29,384 nt of DNA from Candidatus Omnitrophota bacterium (GTDB taxonomy: Bacteria; Omnitrophota; Gorgyraeia; Velamenicoccales; Velamenicoccaceae): NCBI GenBank assembly GCA_038068755.1, contig JBBTLH010000095.1, positions 1-29,384 on the forward strand. The letters are read 5' to 3'. The notes under the pieces were generated by a model. It saw only the letters and a list, made by a program, of their open reading frames with translations. It was not told the DNA's origin and made no database searches. Shown here one piece after another: positions 1 through 8,570 of this stretch; position 1 is the stretch's first letter, and each line of letters starts with the position of its first letter. The translations under genes were made by a program, and so were the position numbers.

Positions 1-201
1 CATGCCTAAGAAGTTTCGGCCACGGTAGAGAGATGCTTTTGTGCGCGCGTCTGCGATCTCAAAACTACCCGTAACCGAAAGTGTCGCGTCCATTCTATCT
101 TTTAAAACGGCTACGCGTATCTTGACCGGCTCTTTACCGAAGCCCGGCGCCAGGCCAAGAAAGATCAGAAAAACCACGAAAGGTAAAAGGCTTTTTTTCA
201 T
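1..201 (-). CDS. N-terminus of a secreted protein, probably SpoIID/LytB domain protein (partial, runs off the left edge; not in the ORF track)
   Basis: Hand translation from ATG at 201: MKKSLLPFVVFLIFLGLAPGFGKEPVKIRVAVLKDRMDATLSVTGSFEIADARTKASLYRGRNFLGM, open to base 1. It has a signal peptide and an IRVAVL strand. Its ATG overlaps the restored DUF2905 stop (ATGA). ruvB-DUF2905-spoIID-queA is a common gene order, so the product name rests mainly on context. Confidence 0.6.
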   Translation of the reverse strand, partial: MKKSLLPFVVFLIFLGLAPGFGKEPVKIRVAVLKDRMDATLSVTGSFEIADARTKASLYRGRNFLGM

Positions 202-457
202 TTTTTTGATAAAACCCATAAGATCAAAGATAGAACAAGACTTAAAAGAATAGACGTAGTCAGGGGAAAATAAAATGATACGTTCTTTCTTGGCACAAAG
301 CGCCAAGGACTGAAAAGATGAGAACCCTGTATGTGCAGTTTCTCTGGATAAATATATCACCGGGCAAACGGCCGATAAAAGGTATCTTGGCCCATACGTT
401 CCAAAGAAGGCCTATCAGAATAAAAACTATACCTATTATGATAAAAGATCTAGCCAT
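198..457 (-). pseudogene. DUF2905-family small membrane protein interrupted by a 53-bp frameshifting insertion
   Basis: The 5' part reads MARSFIIIGIVFILIGLLWNVWAKIPFIGRLPGDIFIQR (GRLPGD motif, AGGA SD before ATG 457). The family-typical C-terminus KNVSFYFPLTTSILLSLVLSLILWVLSKK* lies in another frame and ends at TGA 198-200. Removing 291-343 gives an intact 68-aa ORF. Confidence 0.85.
286..343. mobile_element. 48-bp insert flanked by 5-bp direct repeats (TTTCT, 286-290 and 339-343); possible miniature element or transposition footprint
   Basis: The direct repeats are visible at both junctions. The insert has short inverted ends (GCACA/TGTGC), and precise removal restores the reading frame. 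No cognate transposase is in the window. Confidence 0.5.
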
Positions 458-465
458 ACTGTTTC

Positions 466-867
466 CTAAAACCATATCGTGAGCGTATCCTGGAGCGTAT
501 CATCCTCAGAGCGATATCCTGACCTTGCAAGCTCTCTGTTGGCGACCCTGAAGATCTGTTCTCTGGCTTCCTTATTAATGGGCAGATAAACCCGGAGACC
601 TCCGAATCCGTTGACTTCCTCTTCGGTCAAGACCACGCCGACAAAAACAGCACCGTCTTTGTACAGCCAATCCACAAGCCGCTCTAAACGCACATTGTTT
701 TTAGCCTCAGGAGCGGATATTGACGCATGACGAACAAACCACGCACTGGCCTCGGGCTCTTCGTAAGTCTCGGTAACCGCAGATGTAACGGATTGAGGCC
801 ATAGAGAAGGAGCCAAAACTGATAACCAAGAGAGTAAAATCAAAAATCTAAAAAAACGAAACACCAT
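466..867 (-). CDS. Hypothetical secreted or membrane-anchored protein, 133 aa
   Basis: ORF track. Basic then hydrophobic N-terminus (MVFRFFRFLILLSWLSVLAPSLW). The start overlaps the upstream stop (TAATG). Confidence 0.75.
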   Translation of the reverse strand: MVFRFFRFLILLSWLSVLAPSLWPQSVTSAVTETYEEPEASAWFVRHASISAPEAKNNVRLERLVDWLYKDGAVFVGVVLTEEEVNGFGGLRVYLPINKEAREQIFRVANRELARSGYRSEDDTLQDTLTIWF

Positions 868-1262
868 TATCCAATAAGCTCCTTGGTAACTTCTAAAATT
901 TCTTCTCTGCTGAAAGGCTTGCGAAGCATTTTATCTATGGCCCCTTCGTCTAACATAGCCAGACAATCCGCGATATGGGTGGCAACACCTTTGGGCCAAC
1001 CTGTCATAATGCATACTTTTAATCTGGGTCTGATTTTTTTCAATTCGCGGAAAATATCCAATCCGCCCATTTCCGGGAAATGAATATCCAAAAAGATCAG
1101 GTCAAAAACACGATGCCGCACTTTTTCAATGGCTTCGGTGCCGCAAGAAGCCCATTCAGTCGCATATCCCGCTCTTTCTAATATAGCTTTCATGGCAAGG
1201 CCTGTATCTTCTTCGTCGTCAACAATGAGCAAGGCCTGTTTATTCCCGGAAATCTTCGCCAT
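867..1262 (-). CDS. Single-domain response regulator receiver (CheY-like)
   Basis: LLIVDDE acidic pocket, DLIFLD phospho-acceptor Asp, IMTG Thr, LRKPF Lys-Pro; GGGAGG SD upstream; no output domain. Confidence 0.93.
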   Translation of the reverse strand: MAKISGNKQALLIVDDEEDTGLAMKAILERAGYATEWASCGTEAIEKVRHRVFDLIFLDIHFPEMGGLDIFRELKKIRPRLKVCIMTGWPKGVATHIADCLAMLDEGAIDKMLRKPFSREEILEVTKELIG

Positions 1263-1275
1263 CTTAAACCTCCCC

Positions 1276-1821
1276 TTATACCTTCTTCTCTCTTTGTTCT
1301 ATCGCCTCTTTCTCGGAATAAATACAGCCGCAATAATTCTGGTGATAAAACTGCCACTCTTTAGAAATCTTGTGAGACTCGGCAAAACCGCGACGGAAAT
1401 CCCTCGCCAAAAAGCTAAGGCCGTATTTCAAAGCAAGCTCTTCGCCTAAAATTTTTATTTTATCTATGTCCTGATAGGGGCTCGAAAGAAGAGTCGTCGT
1501 AAAATTTGGTATGCCCTGTTCTGCCGCTACGCGGGCCGTCTCTTCTAATCGTATTCTCCAGCAGAACATGTGCTGCTCGCCTCTATCCCCTATGCATGAG
1601 ATCTCTCTTAAAAATTTCTCAAAATCATAGCGGTGGTAGATAACGTTTAAAGAAAGCCGCGCGGCCGCTGTTAAAACCGCCTCATACCTCTTTTTGTATT
1701 CAGAGTAAGGATGGATGTTGGGGTTGTAAAAAAACCCATCAACATCAAAACCTTCGTCTATAAGCGCCCGGACCGGATAGACAGCGCACGGCCCGCAACA
1801 GATATGAAGAAGAACCTTCAT
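1276..1821 (-). CDS. queH: Epoxyqueuosine reductase QueH (DUF208)
   Basis: [28 protein letters not shown] and QNYCGCIYS motifs; follows ruvB. Confidence 0.9.
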   Translation of the reverse strand: MKVLLHICCGPCAVYPVRALIDEGFDVDGFFYNPNIHPYSEYKKRYEAVLTAAARLSLNVIYHRYDFEKFLREISCIGDRGEQHMFCWRIRLEETARVAAEQGIPNFTTTLLSSPYQDIDKIKILGEELALKYGLSFLARDFRRGFAESHKISKEWQFYHQNYCGCIYSEKEAIEQREKKV

Positions 1822-2828
1822 GGCCGGGGTTGGCTAAGATCAAGATGCTGGTAGGCGAGAGCCGTCGCTTCTCTACCGCGCGAGGTCCTCTTTAAGAAAC
1901 CTGCTTTCAGGAGATATGGCTCAATGGTATCAACTATGGTATCCTGCTCTTCGTTTAAGGTCGCGGCCAACGTCTCTATCCCCACAGGCCCGCCTTGATA
2001 CGTTGAAATAATGGCCTTCAAGACCTTACGGTCCACTTCATCCAATCCGGCTGCGTCTATGCCGAGGCTGGCAAGAGCGCTATCGGCAATATCCTGAGTT
2101 ATGGCGTTCGACGCCTTCACCTGGGCATAGTCCCTGACGCGTTTCAATAACCTATTGGCTACGCGGGGAGTACCGCGGGCCCGGCGGGCTATCTCAAGGG
2201 ATCCGCTCTCGTCTATCTTGATACCCAAGAGGCCGGCTGAGCGCTTGATAATAATGCTCAATGCCTCCTGTTTGTAAAAATCAAAGTGGTGCAGGATGCC
2301 AAATCTGGAGCGAAGCGGCGAACCGATAAGGCCGCTGCGCGTAGTAGCGCCCACCAAAGTGAAACGCTTAAGGTTGAACTTAATGGTCCTGGCGTAAGGA
2401 CCTTTATCAATGACGAAATCTATCTGGAAATTTTCCATTGCGGGATAGAGGAATTCTTCTACGACTTTAGAGAGGCGGTGTATCTCGTCTATAAAAAACA
2501 CGTCGCCTTCTTCAAGATTGGTCAGGATGCCTATAAGGTCGCCGGCGCGCTCTATGGCAGGGCCTGAAGTAGCAGTTATCTTGGAACCCATCTCGTGGGC
2601 AATGATGGTAGCAAGGCACGTCTTGCCTAATCCCGGCGGGCCGCAAAGAAGGACGTGCTCCAAAGGTTCGTTCCTCTGTTTGGCCGCTGTCAGGGAAACC
2701 TTAAGGTTATCTACGAGCTCCTGCTGACCGATAAACTCATCCAGCGCCGTAGGCCTTAGAGAAATATTTAAGACGACATCTTCGTCAGTTTCGCTCTTTT
2801 CCGCAAACGGATAGAATTTTTCGTCCAT
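1818..2828 (-). CDS. ruvB: Holliday junction branch migration helicase RuvB
   Basis: [20 protein letters not shown] Walker A, FIDEIHRL Walker [25 protein letters not shown]...RTSRGR. Confidence 0.98.
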   Translation of the reverse strand: MDEKFYPFAEKSETDEDVVLNISLRPTALDEFIGQQELVDNLKVSLTAAKQRNEPLEHVLLCGPPGLGKTCLATIIAHEMGSKITATSGPAIERAGDLIGILTNLEEGDVFFIDEIHRLSKVVEEFLYPAMENFQIDFVIDKGPYARTIKFNLKRFTLVGATTRSGLIGSPLRSRFGILHHFDFYKQEALSIIIKRSAGLLGIKIDESGSLEIARRARGTPRVANRLLKRVRDYAQVKASNAITQDIADSALASLGIDAAGLDEVDRKVLKAIISTYQGGPVGIETLAATLNEEQDTIVDTIEPYLLKAGFLKRTSRGREATALAYQHLDLSQPRP

Positions 2829-2841
2829 ATGATAGCGTTAC

Positions 2842-3624
2842 CTATGCGTCAGTGATGGCCCGCGGCGCCTCTTCGATGGCCTCTTGCTGCGGGTGGCTTA
2901 CTTTAATATTTTCTTTGTTCCTAAAGACTTCTATTTCGCCAAAGACGGCCTTCTGCACTACGATGACCTCTTTTAAACGTATCAACTCAAGCACCGCCAA
3001 AAAAATTGCGATGATCTCCATTTTGCTTTTACCCTGAGAAAATAATTCAGAAAGTTTTATCCGGGGCCTTTCTGCAAACATGTGCAAAAGGCCATGGACT
3101 TTTTCCTCAACGGTAAACTCGTCTTTGATGACTTCGTAGAAGAGCTCCTTTGGGACGTCTTTTAAAGCTTTTGAAAAAGCGTTGATGAGGTCAAAAAGGC
3201 TCGCCTCAAAAAAAGACTCACCCGTATCCTTGTCTTCTAATACCTGGTTGCGTTTAAAAATATCCTGCCGCTGACGTTCTTTTAAGCGTAACACTTGCGC
3301 CGCTTCTTTGAACTGCCTGTATTCCAAGAGCCTCTTGACTAATTCCGCCCTTGGGTCCTTTTCGTCTTCGGGTATCTCATCTAAAATATTTGTTTCCTGA
3401 GGCAAAAGCATCTTTGACTTGATCTGCATAAGTGTCGCGGCCATCACGATAAATTCTCCGGCGATATTTAAGTCCAATAGCCTCATCAACTCCATATACT
3501 GCAGATACTGGTCCAAGATCCCGGCAATCGGTATATCATAGACGTTGAGCTCGTTCTTTTTAATAAGGTATAAGAGCAGATCAAACGGCCCTTCAAATAT
3601 ATCAAGTTTTATCTTGTAGGACAT
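2842..3624 (-). CDS. scpA: Segregation and condensation protein A (kleisin)
   Basis: FEGPFDLLLYLIKKNELNVYDIPI, AGEFIVMAATLMQIKSKMLLP, FLAVLELIR. Confidence 0.96.
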   Translation of the reverse strand: MSYKIKLDIFEGPFDLLLYLIKKNELNVYDIPIAGILDQYLQYMELMRLLDLNIAGEFIVMAATLMQIKSKMLLPQETNILDEIPEDEKDPRAELVKRLLEYRQFKEAAQVLRLKERQRQDIFKRNQVLEDKDTGESFFEASLFDLINAFSKALKDVPKELFYEVIKDEFTVEEKVHGLLHMFAERPRIKLSELFSQGKSKMEIIAIFLAVLELIRLKEVIVVQKAVFGEIEVFRNKENIKVSHPQQEAIEEAPRAITDA

Positions 3625-4607
3625 GGTGTCAACCTTACGGCCTCTCTTACCTCTTTCATCGTGACAGCGGCAACTTTTTCGGCGCGCGCGCGGCCGTCAT
3701 CAAGGATATTCTGGAGTTTCTTTTTATCTTCTAAATAATGGCGCCGTTTTTCCTGAAACGGCCCAAGCAATTTGACTAGTTTTTCCCCTAAGATAGACTT
3801 GCACTCCGTGCAACCCGCCTCGGCCTTCCTGCACCAAGAGGCGGCTTTATCTTTCAACTCCGGCGCGAATATTTCAAAATAGCTGTGTACGTTGCACACC
3901 TCAGGGTGCCCGGGATCTGTCTTTCTTATCCTTTTAGGGTCTGTGAACATCCCCTGAGTCTTCTTTTTGATAAGGTCTTCTGTATCGGAAAGCGCGATAA
4001 AATTATTATAGCTCTTGCTCATCTTGCGGCCGTCTAACCCAAGCAACCTCGGCACGGGGGTCAACAACGGCTTTGGTTCAGGAAATATCTCTTTGTAGAG
4101 CCCGTTGAATTTTCTGACGATCTCGCGCGTCAATTCCAAGTGTGGCAATTGGTCTTCTCCTACGGGCACAACGTGGGCCTTATATAAGCAGATGTCGGCA
4201 GCTTGCAAGACGGGATACCCTAAAAAAGCATAGGTGGAGATATGCCTGTCTTTTAATTCCCGCATCTGCTCCTTGTATGTCGGACACCGCTCCAACCAAC
4301 CCAAAGGTGTCAAGACCGAGAAAGCCATGCAGAGTTCTAAGTGAGCGGGTATTTGTGACTGAATAAAAATGGTGCTTATGTTGGGGTCTACACCGGAGGC
4401 AAGCCAATCCGCGACATTGTCGTAAAGAGAATCTTCTATGATCTTTGAATTCTCATATTCGCTCATGAGCGCGTGCCAATCAGCGACCATGAAGAAACAT
4501 TCGTATTCGCTCTGTAGGCGCACCCAATTGTTCAAAGCTCCTACGAGGTGGCCCAGATGAAGTTTTCCCGTAGGCCGCATGCCGCTGAGTATCCTTTTCT
4601 TAGACAT
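3609..4607 (-). CDS. trpS: Tryptophan--tRNA ligase
   Basis: SGMRPTGKLHLGH (HIGH-like), VPVGEDQLPHLE, KMSKS, YPVLQAADI. Confidence 0.98.
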   Translation of the reverse strand: MSKKRILSGMRPTGKLHLGHLVGALNNWVRLQSEYECFFMVADWHALMSEYENSKIIEDSLYDNVADWLASGVDPNISTIFIQSQIPAHLELCMAFSVLTPLGWLERCPTYKEQMRELKDRHISTYAFLGYPVLQAADICLYKAHVVPVGEDQLPHLELTREIVRKFNGLYKEIFPEPKPLLTPVPRLLGLDGRKMSKSYNNFIALSDTEDLIKKKTQGMFTDPKRIRKTDPGHPEVCNVHSYFEIFAPELKDKAASWCRKAEAGCTECKSILGEKLVKLLGPFQEKRRHYLEDKKKLQNILDDGRARAEKVAAVTMKEVREAVRLTPCPTR

Positions 4608-4622
4608 AGAATAGAGTGAATT

Positions 4623-4643
4623 ACCACCTGCTTTGTCGGTGGT
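4623..4643. other. Small hairpin ACCACC-N9-GGTGGT immediately upstream of the trpS start
   Basis: A perfect 6-bp inverted repeat is visible; function unknown. Confidence 0.35.
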
Positions 4644-4652
4644 TTCTTAAAA

Positions 4653-4841
4653 GAAAAAATTGGTTGGGCGTAGGCGACTTCAAAGGAGAGCATAAAATTC
4701 GGCGGCGCGCATAGCGCAAAAATGCACTGTTTGAGCCGTTACCCTGGTGTCTTATTCAGGGCGAGTTGTGTATTTTTAGCCGAATTTTGTGCGGTGCGTA
4801 AGCACTCCTTTGACTGGAGCCAGAGCCTAAGCAATTTTTTC
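4653..4841. ncRNA. Candidate structured RNA: ~190-nt rod-like imperfect hairpin with two side hairpins (strand uncertain, + slightly favoured)
   Basis: Nested pairings: 4653-4662/4832-4841 (10 bp), 4671-4675/4825-4829, 4680-4688/4805-4813 (9 bp), 4690-4703/4779-4792 (14 bp), 4718-4727/4768-4777 (10 bp), 4742-4746/4757-4761. Mismatches read as G-U on the + strand, and GTGC-GTAA-GCAC (4794-4805) is a GNRA tetraloop hairpin. Confidence 0.6.
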
Positions 4842-4862
4842 AAAGAACAAAATATTTATATT

Positions 4863-6956
4863 TTATTCAAGTTTACGCGCTATCTGCTCTAATTGAAACG
4901 CGTCTATAAAATCGCCTTCCTTGATATCGTTGAAGTTCGCAAGCGAGATACCGCATTCAAAACCTTCGCTCACGTCGCGGACGTCGTCTTTAAATCTCTT
5001 TAAAGCGGCGATCTTGCCCTCATGGACTACCTCGCCGTTCCTGATTAGCGCAACCTCGGCGTTCCTTGCGATCTTGCCTTTCCTGACCATAGAACCGGCG
5101 ACAACCCCCGCCTTGGTCAACTGAAAGACCTTCTTGACCTCAGCCCTGCCCAAAAAGACCTTCTTTATTCTCGGCGACAGCATCCCTTCCAAAGCCGCCT
5201 TCATGTCATTGATAATCTCATAAATAACACGATACATCCTTATATCAATACCTTCTTTGCTTGCCATCTCTCTTGCCTGAATATCGGGCTCAACTTGAAA
5301 ACCGATGATAATAGCGTTAGAGGCTACGGCCAGAACAACATCAGAGATATTTATGATCCCGACACCTTTATGCATCACGACTATCTGGACTTCACTCGTG
5401 CCTATTTTTTGCAAAGAGTCTACAATGGCTTCAAGAGACCCCTGGACGTCGGCTTTTAAAATGATATTCAGCTCTTTAACGCATCCGGACTTGATCTCCT
5501 GATAAAGGTTTTCCAGATGTATATGGGCTCTCTTATGCGCTGGTTCAAGGCGAAGCCTCCTTGATTCCTCTTGTTTGCTATCTACTAATTCGCGCGCCTT
5601 TTTTTCATCGCTCACTACAAAAAACTTATCGCCTGCCTCAGGCACGCCCGAGAGGCCCGTGATCTCAACAGGCATTGAAGGCCCCGCCTCTTCAAGTGTG
5701 TGACGTAAACTATCAGACATCGCCTTGACCCTGCCGCTCTGATAACCGGCAATTACAAAATCACCTAAGCGCAGCATGCCGCTCTGGACCAAGGCCGTAG
5801 CCACAGGCCCTCGCCCTTTGCTGAGCTTGGCTTCAACGATAACACCCGTTGCCTCCCGTTCGTAGACAGTTTTAAGCTCCAGCATTTCCGCTTCAAGCAG
5901 GATCATTTCTAACAGCTTATCAATACCCTCGCCTGTCTTTGCAGAGACGCCAACGGTGATGGTCTTGCCGCCCCAATCCTCTGGGATCAGCCCTAGCTCA
6001 TTGAGCTGCCTTTTGAGTTTATCTATATTGGCCTGCGGTTTATCTATCTTGTTCATTGCCACGATAATAGGCACGCCTGCCGCTTTAGCATGGTCCAAAG
6101 CTTCTATGGTCTGCGGCATGACGCCGTCGTCAGCAGCGATCACCAAAACAACGATATCTGTTACATTGGCGCCCCTGGCGCGCATCGCGGTAAACGCCTC
6201 GTGACCCGGCGTATCCAAGAAAGCTATCTTGCCCCTGGGCAATTTGACTTCATAGGCGCCGATATGCTGGGTGATACCTCCATGCTCGGATTCTGCGACT
6301 TTAGTGCGCCTAATGGCATCCAAAAGCGAAGTCTTACCGTGGTCCACATGCCCCATGAACGTCACAATAGGAGGCCTGGGCTTAAGTAATTTGGCATCAG
6401 CCTTGCTGGTTTTGACGACAACCTCTTCCAAAGAAAGCGGCTTTTTTAATTCAAACCCGTAGTTTTTCAATAGTTCAGAAACAATATCTTCGCTTAAATT
6501 CTGATTGATGTTAGCGAACAATTTGAATTTGATTATAAGGTATTTGATAAGTTCACTGGATTTTATCCCAAGCCGTATTGCCAGGTCCTTGATAGAAATA
6601 GGCACCGCTAATTCAAGAGGCTTATAAACCTTCTCAGGCGCCTGGACAGCCTCGGGCTGTTGTGCCAGGACGGCCTTAGGCAACGCCGCTTCTTCTTTTA
6701 AAATAACGCCCGGGTCTTCCTTTTTTACGGGGACATGTTTCTTTTCTTTCAAAGAAGGTTTAACGGCATCCGGTTTTTTAAAACCGGCTAAAACCGATCC
6801 GGTCCTTGAGGAAGCCCTCGCTTCTAAGAAAAGTTTCACAACGTCCTCATCAAGGCTGGCCATATGGTTCTTGGCCTCAATGTGGCGCTCTTTTAATTTA
6901 GCCAGAAGGTCTTTGCTGGCCAAGCCTAACTCTTTAGCTAACTCATACACTCTCAT
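4863..6956 (-). CDS. infB: Translation initiation factor IF-2
   Basis: MRVYELAKELG N-domain, GHVDHGKT, DTPGHEAF, NKID, KADVQGS, ECGI. Confidence 0.99.
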   Translation of the reverse strand: MRVYELAKELGLASKDLLAKLKERHIEAKNHMASLDEDVVKLFLEARASSRTGSVLAGFKKPDAVKPSLKEKKHVPVKKEDPGVILKEEAALPKAVLAQQPEAVQAPEKVYKPLELAVPISIKDLAIRLGIKSSELIKYLIIKFKLFANINQNLSEDIVSELLKNYGFELKKPLSLEEVVVKTSKADAKLLKPRPPIVTFMGHVDHGKTSLLDAIRRTKVAESEHGGITQHIGAYEVKLPRGKIAFLDTPGHEAFTAMRARGANVTDIVVLVIAADDGVMPQTIEALDHAKAAGVPIIVAMNKIDKPQANIDKLKRQLNELGLIPEDWGGKTITVGVSAKTGEGIDKLLEMILLEAEMLELKTVYEREATGVIVEAKLSKGRGPVATALVQSGMLRLGDFVIAGYQSGRVKAMSDSLRHTLEEAGPSMPVEITGLSGVPEAGDKFFVVSDEKKARELVDSKQEESRRLRLEPAHKRAHIHLENLYQEIKSGCVKELNIILKADVQGSLEAIVDSLQKIGTSEVQIVVMHKGVGIINISDVVLAVASNAIIIGFQVEPDIQAREMASKEGIDIRMYRVIYEIINDMKAALEGMLSPRIKKVFLGRAEVKKVFQLTKAGVVAGSMVRKGKIARNAEVALIRNGEVVHEGKIAALKRFKDDVRDVSEGFECGISLANFNDIKEGDFIDAFQLEQIARKLE

Positions 6957-8112
6957 CTTGTTTAGACAACCTTTCTTTAGCGCAAGCTATGATCTTTTCT
7001 GCCTTTTTTTCGCCGATGCCTTTTATCTGGGTCAGCTGTTCTACGGTTGCGGCCTTGATCTTTTCAAGACTATCAAAACCGGCGTCAATAAGCAAAGTCA
7101 GGGCCTTTTCTCCGATGCCATCAAGGCTCATTTCTGCGCGGGCCTTCTTGGCCTCTTCTTTTTCCTTGACGATCTCCTCGCGCGTGCGGATATCAAGGTC
7201 CCAGCCGATCAGCCTGGATGCCAACCGGACGTTCTGGCCGTGTTTACCTATAGCCAGCGACAACTGATCATTTGCAACGATCACCTGTGAGCGCTGGTCC
7301 TGCTTATCCAACCTGATCTCTGTTATCTTGGCCGGAGACAACGCGGCCGTGATATATTCCCTTAAGTCATCGCTCCAGCGGATGATATCTATTTTCTCGC
7401 CTTGAAGTTCCATGACTATATCTTTAACGCGGGAGCCGCGCATGCCTACGCAGGCGCCCACGCAATCCACCTTTTCATCCTTTGACCAGACGGCTATCTT
7501 TGTCCGCTCGCCGGCCTCGCGCGATATGGATTTCACCTCAACAATACCTTCAAATATCTCCGGCACTTCCAACTCAAAAAGTTTTTTTACAAAGATCGGG
7601 CTCGTCCTGGAAAGTATGATCTGCGGCCCCTTGGCTTCGCGCTTCACATCAAGCACGTAAGCGCGTATCCTCTGGCCTTGTCTGAAATCATCCCGCGGAG
7701 ACTGTTCGCGTTTAGGCATAAGCCCTTCGGCCTTACCCAACAGGTCCACGACGATATTGCCCTTATCAAACCTATAGACCGTGCCGCTAACGATATCGCC
7801 GACCTTAGCTGAAAATTCGTTGAAGATAACATCTTTTTCAGCCTCCCGGATCTTCTGTATGATCACCTGCTTAGCTGTCTGCGCGGCGATGCGTCCGAAA
7901 TCAACGTTCTTTATCTCTTCTTTATCCATATAAGCTCTTATCTTTCCGTCGCTTTTATCAATGGTAACGGATATATTATCCGCTGTCTTTGAGCCCATGG
8001 CCTTCTTCACGGCGCTAACCATCGCCGATTCAACAGCCGCCAGGAGCACCTCTTTCTTAATACCGCGTTCTCTTTCAATATGATCTAATATCGCCATCAA
8101 TTCATTACTCAT
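6943..8112 (-). CDS. nusA: Transcription termination/antitermination factor NusA
   Basis: FGRIAAQTAKQVIIQ, S1 and KH domains (REAGERTKIAV, GACVGMRGSRV, LAIGKHGQNVRLA), C-terminal HhH repeats. Confidence 0.99.
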   Translation of the reverse strand: MSNELMAILDHIERERGIKKEVLLAAVESAMVSAVKKAMGSKTADNISVTIDKSDGKIRAYMDKEEIKNVDFGRIAAQTAKQVIIQKIREAEKDVIFNEFSAKVGDIVSGTVYRFDKGNIVVDLLGKAEGLMPKREQSPRDDFRQGQRIRAYVLDVKREAKGPQIILSRTSPIFVKKLFELEVPEIFEGIVEVKSISREAGERTKIAVWSKDEKVDCVGACVGMRGSRVKDIVMELQGEKIDIIRWSDDLREYITAALSPAKITEIRLDKQDQRSQVIVANDQLSLAIGKHGQNVRLASRLIGWDLDIRTREEIVKEKEEAKKARAEMSLDGIGEKALTLLIDAGFDSLEKIKAATVEQLTQIKGIGEKKAEKIIACAKERLSKQDESV

Positions 8113-8570
8113 AAAATCACCTGCTTTGCCCGGTTGACCTTTTCTAAAGGTATCTTGATCGTTTTGTTTTCAGTTTTGATTGAAATTGCGTCTGCTCCGG
8201 CAGACTCAACATTCCCTAAATGCTCTATTTTACCATCGTAGGGTTCTTTTAAAAACACCCTCACCTTGCGGCCTATGACGCGCTTGAAATCAGGCAAGAT
8301 CACTAATGGCCGGTCTGTGCCTGGCGAGGAAACTTCCAGAATGTATTTTGCTGATATAGAAACGTTTTCCTCCGCGATATTGCCCAACTCCGCATTGAAA
8401 TGCCCGCACTCATCTAAAGTAATGCCGCCTTCTGCCCTGTCAGCCAAGACTTCCAGGATTAAGGCGCCTTCGTTATTCCTGTAAAACCTTATATCCACCA
8501 GGATATAACCGCACCTTTCTAAATGAGCGCTAAAAAGCGAACGCAGTTTTAAAAGGCAATCTTCAAACAT
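8109..8570 (-). CDS. rimP: Ribosome maturation factor RimP
   Basis: GGITLDEC, YILEVSSPGTDRPL...DFKRVIG; AGGAG SD; upstream of nusA. Confidence 0.95.
   Translation of the reverse strand: MFEDCLLKLRSLFSAHLERCGYILVDIRFYRNNEGALILEVLADRAEGGITLDECGHFNAELGNIAEENVSISAKYILEVSSPGTDRPLVILPDFKRVIGRKVRVFLKEPYDGKIEHLGNVESAGADAISIKTENKTIKIPLEKVNRAKQVIL

Noticed and set aside
291-306. Sigma54 -24 box TGGCAC at the edge of the insertion
   Set aside because: No TTGC at the required -12 spacing.
260-345. Programmed -1 frameshift rescuing DUF2905
   Set aside because: The downstream frame is open, but no canonical X XXY YYZ slippery site with Y = A/U is present; T TTC CCC before the stop is atypical. Not excluded, but unsupported.
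260-475. ORF-track 71-aa protein taken as an intact gene
   Set aside because: Its C-terminal part comes from the insertion and the wrong frame; the true DUF2905 C-terminus lies in another frame ending at 198, and the SD supports a start at 457.
4608-4660. T-box leader for trpS (AGGTGGTAAT resembles the T-box UGGN core)
   Set aside because: The ACC after UGGN is missing, there is no downstream terminator/antiterminator before the ATG, and no Stem I specifier loop is recognisable.
4730-4810. TPP riboswitch-like wording on the minus strand (GGAGTGC...GGCTAAAAATACAC...CCTGA...CCAGGGTA)
   Set aside because: It lacks the invariant UGAGA and GCGNAGGGA elements, no thiamine gene is downstream, and the bases are better explained by the long rod pairing.
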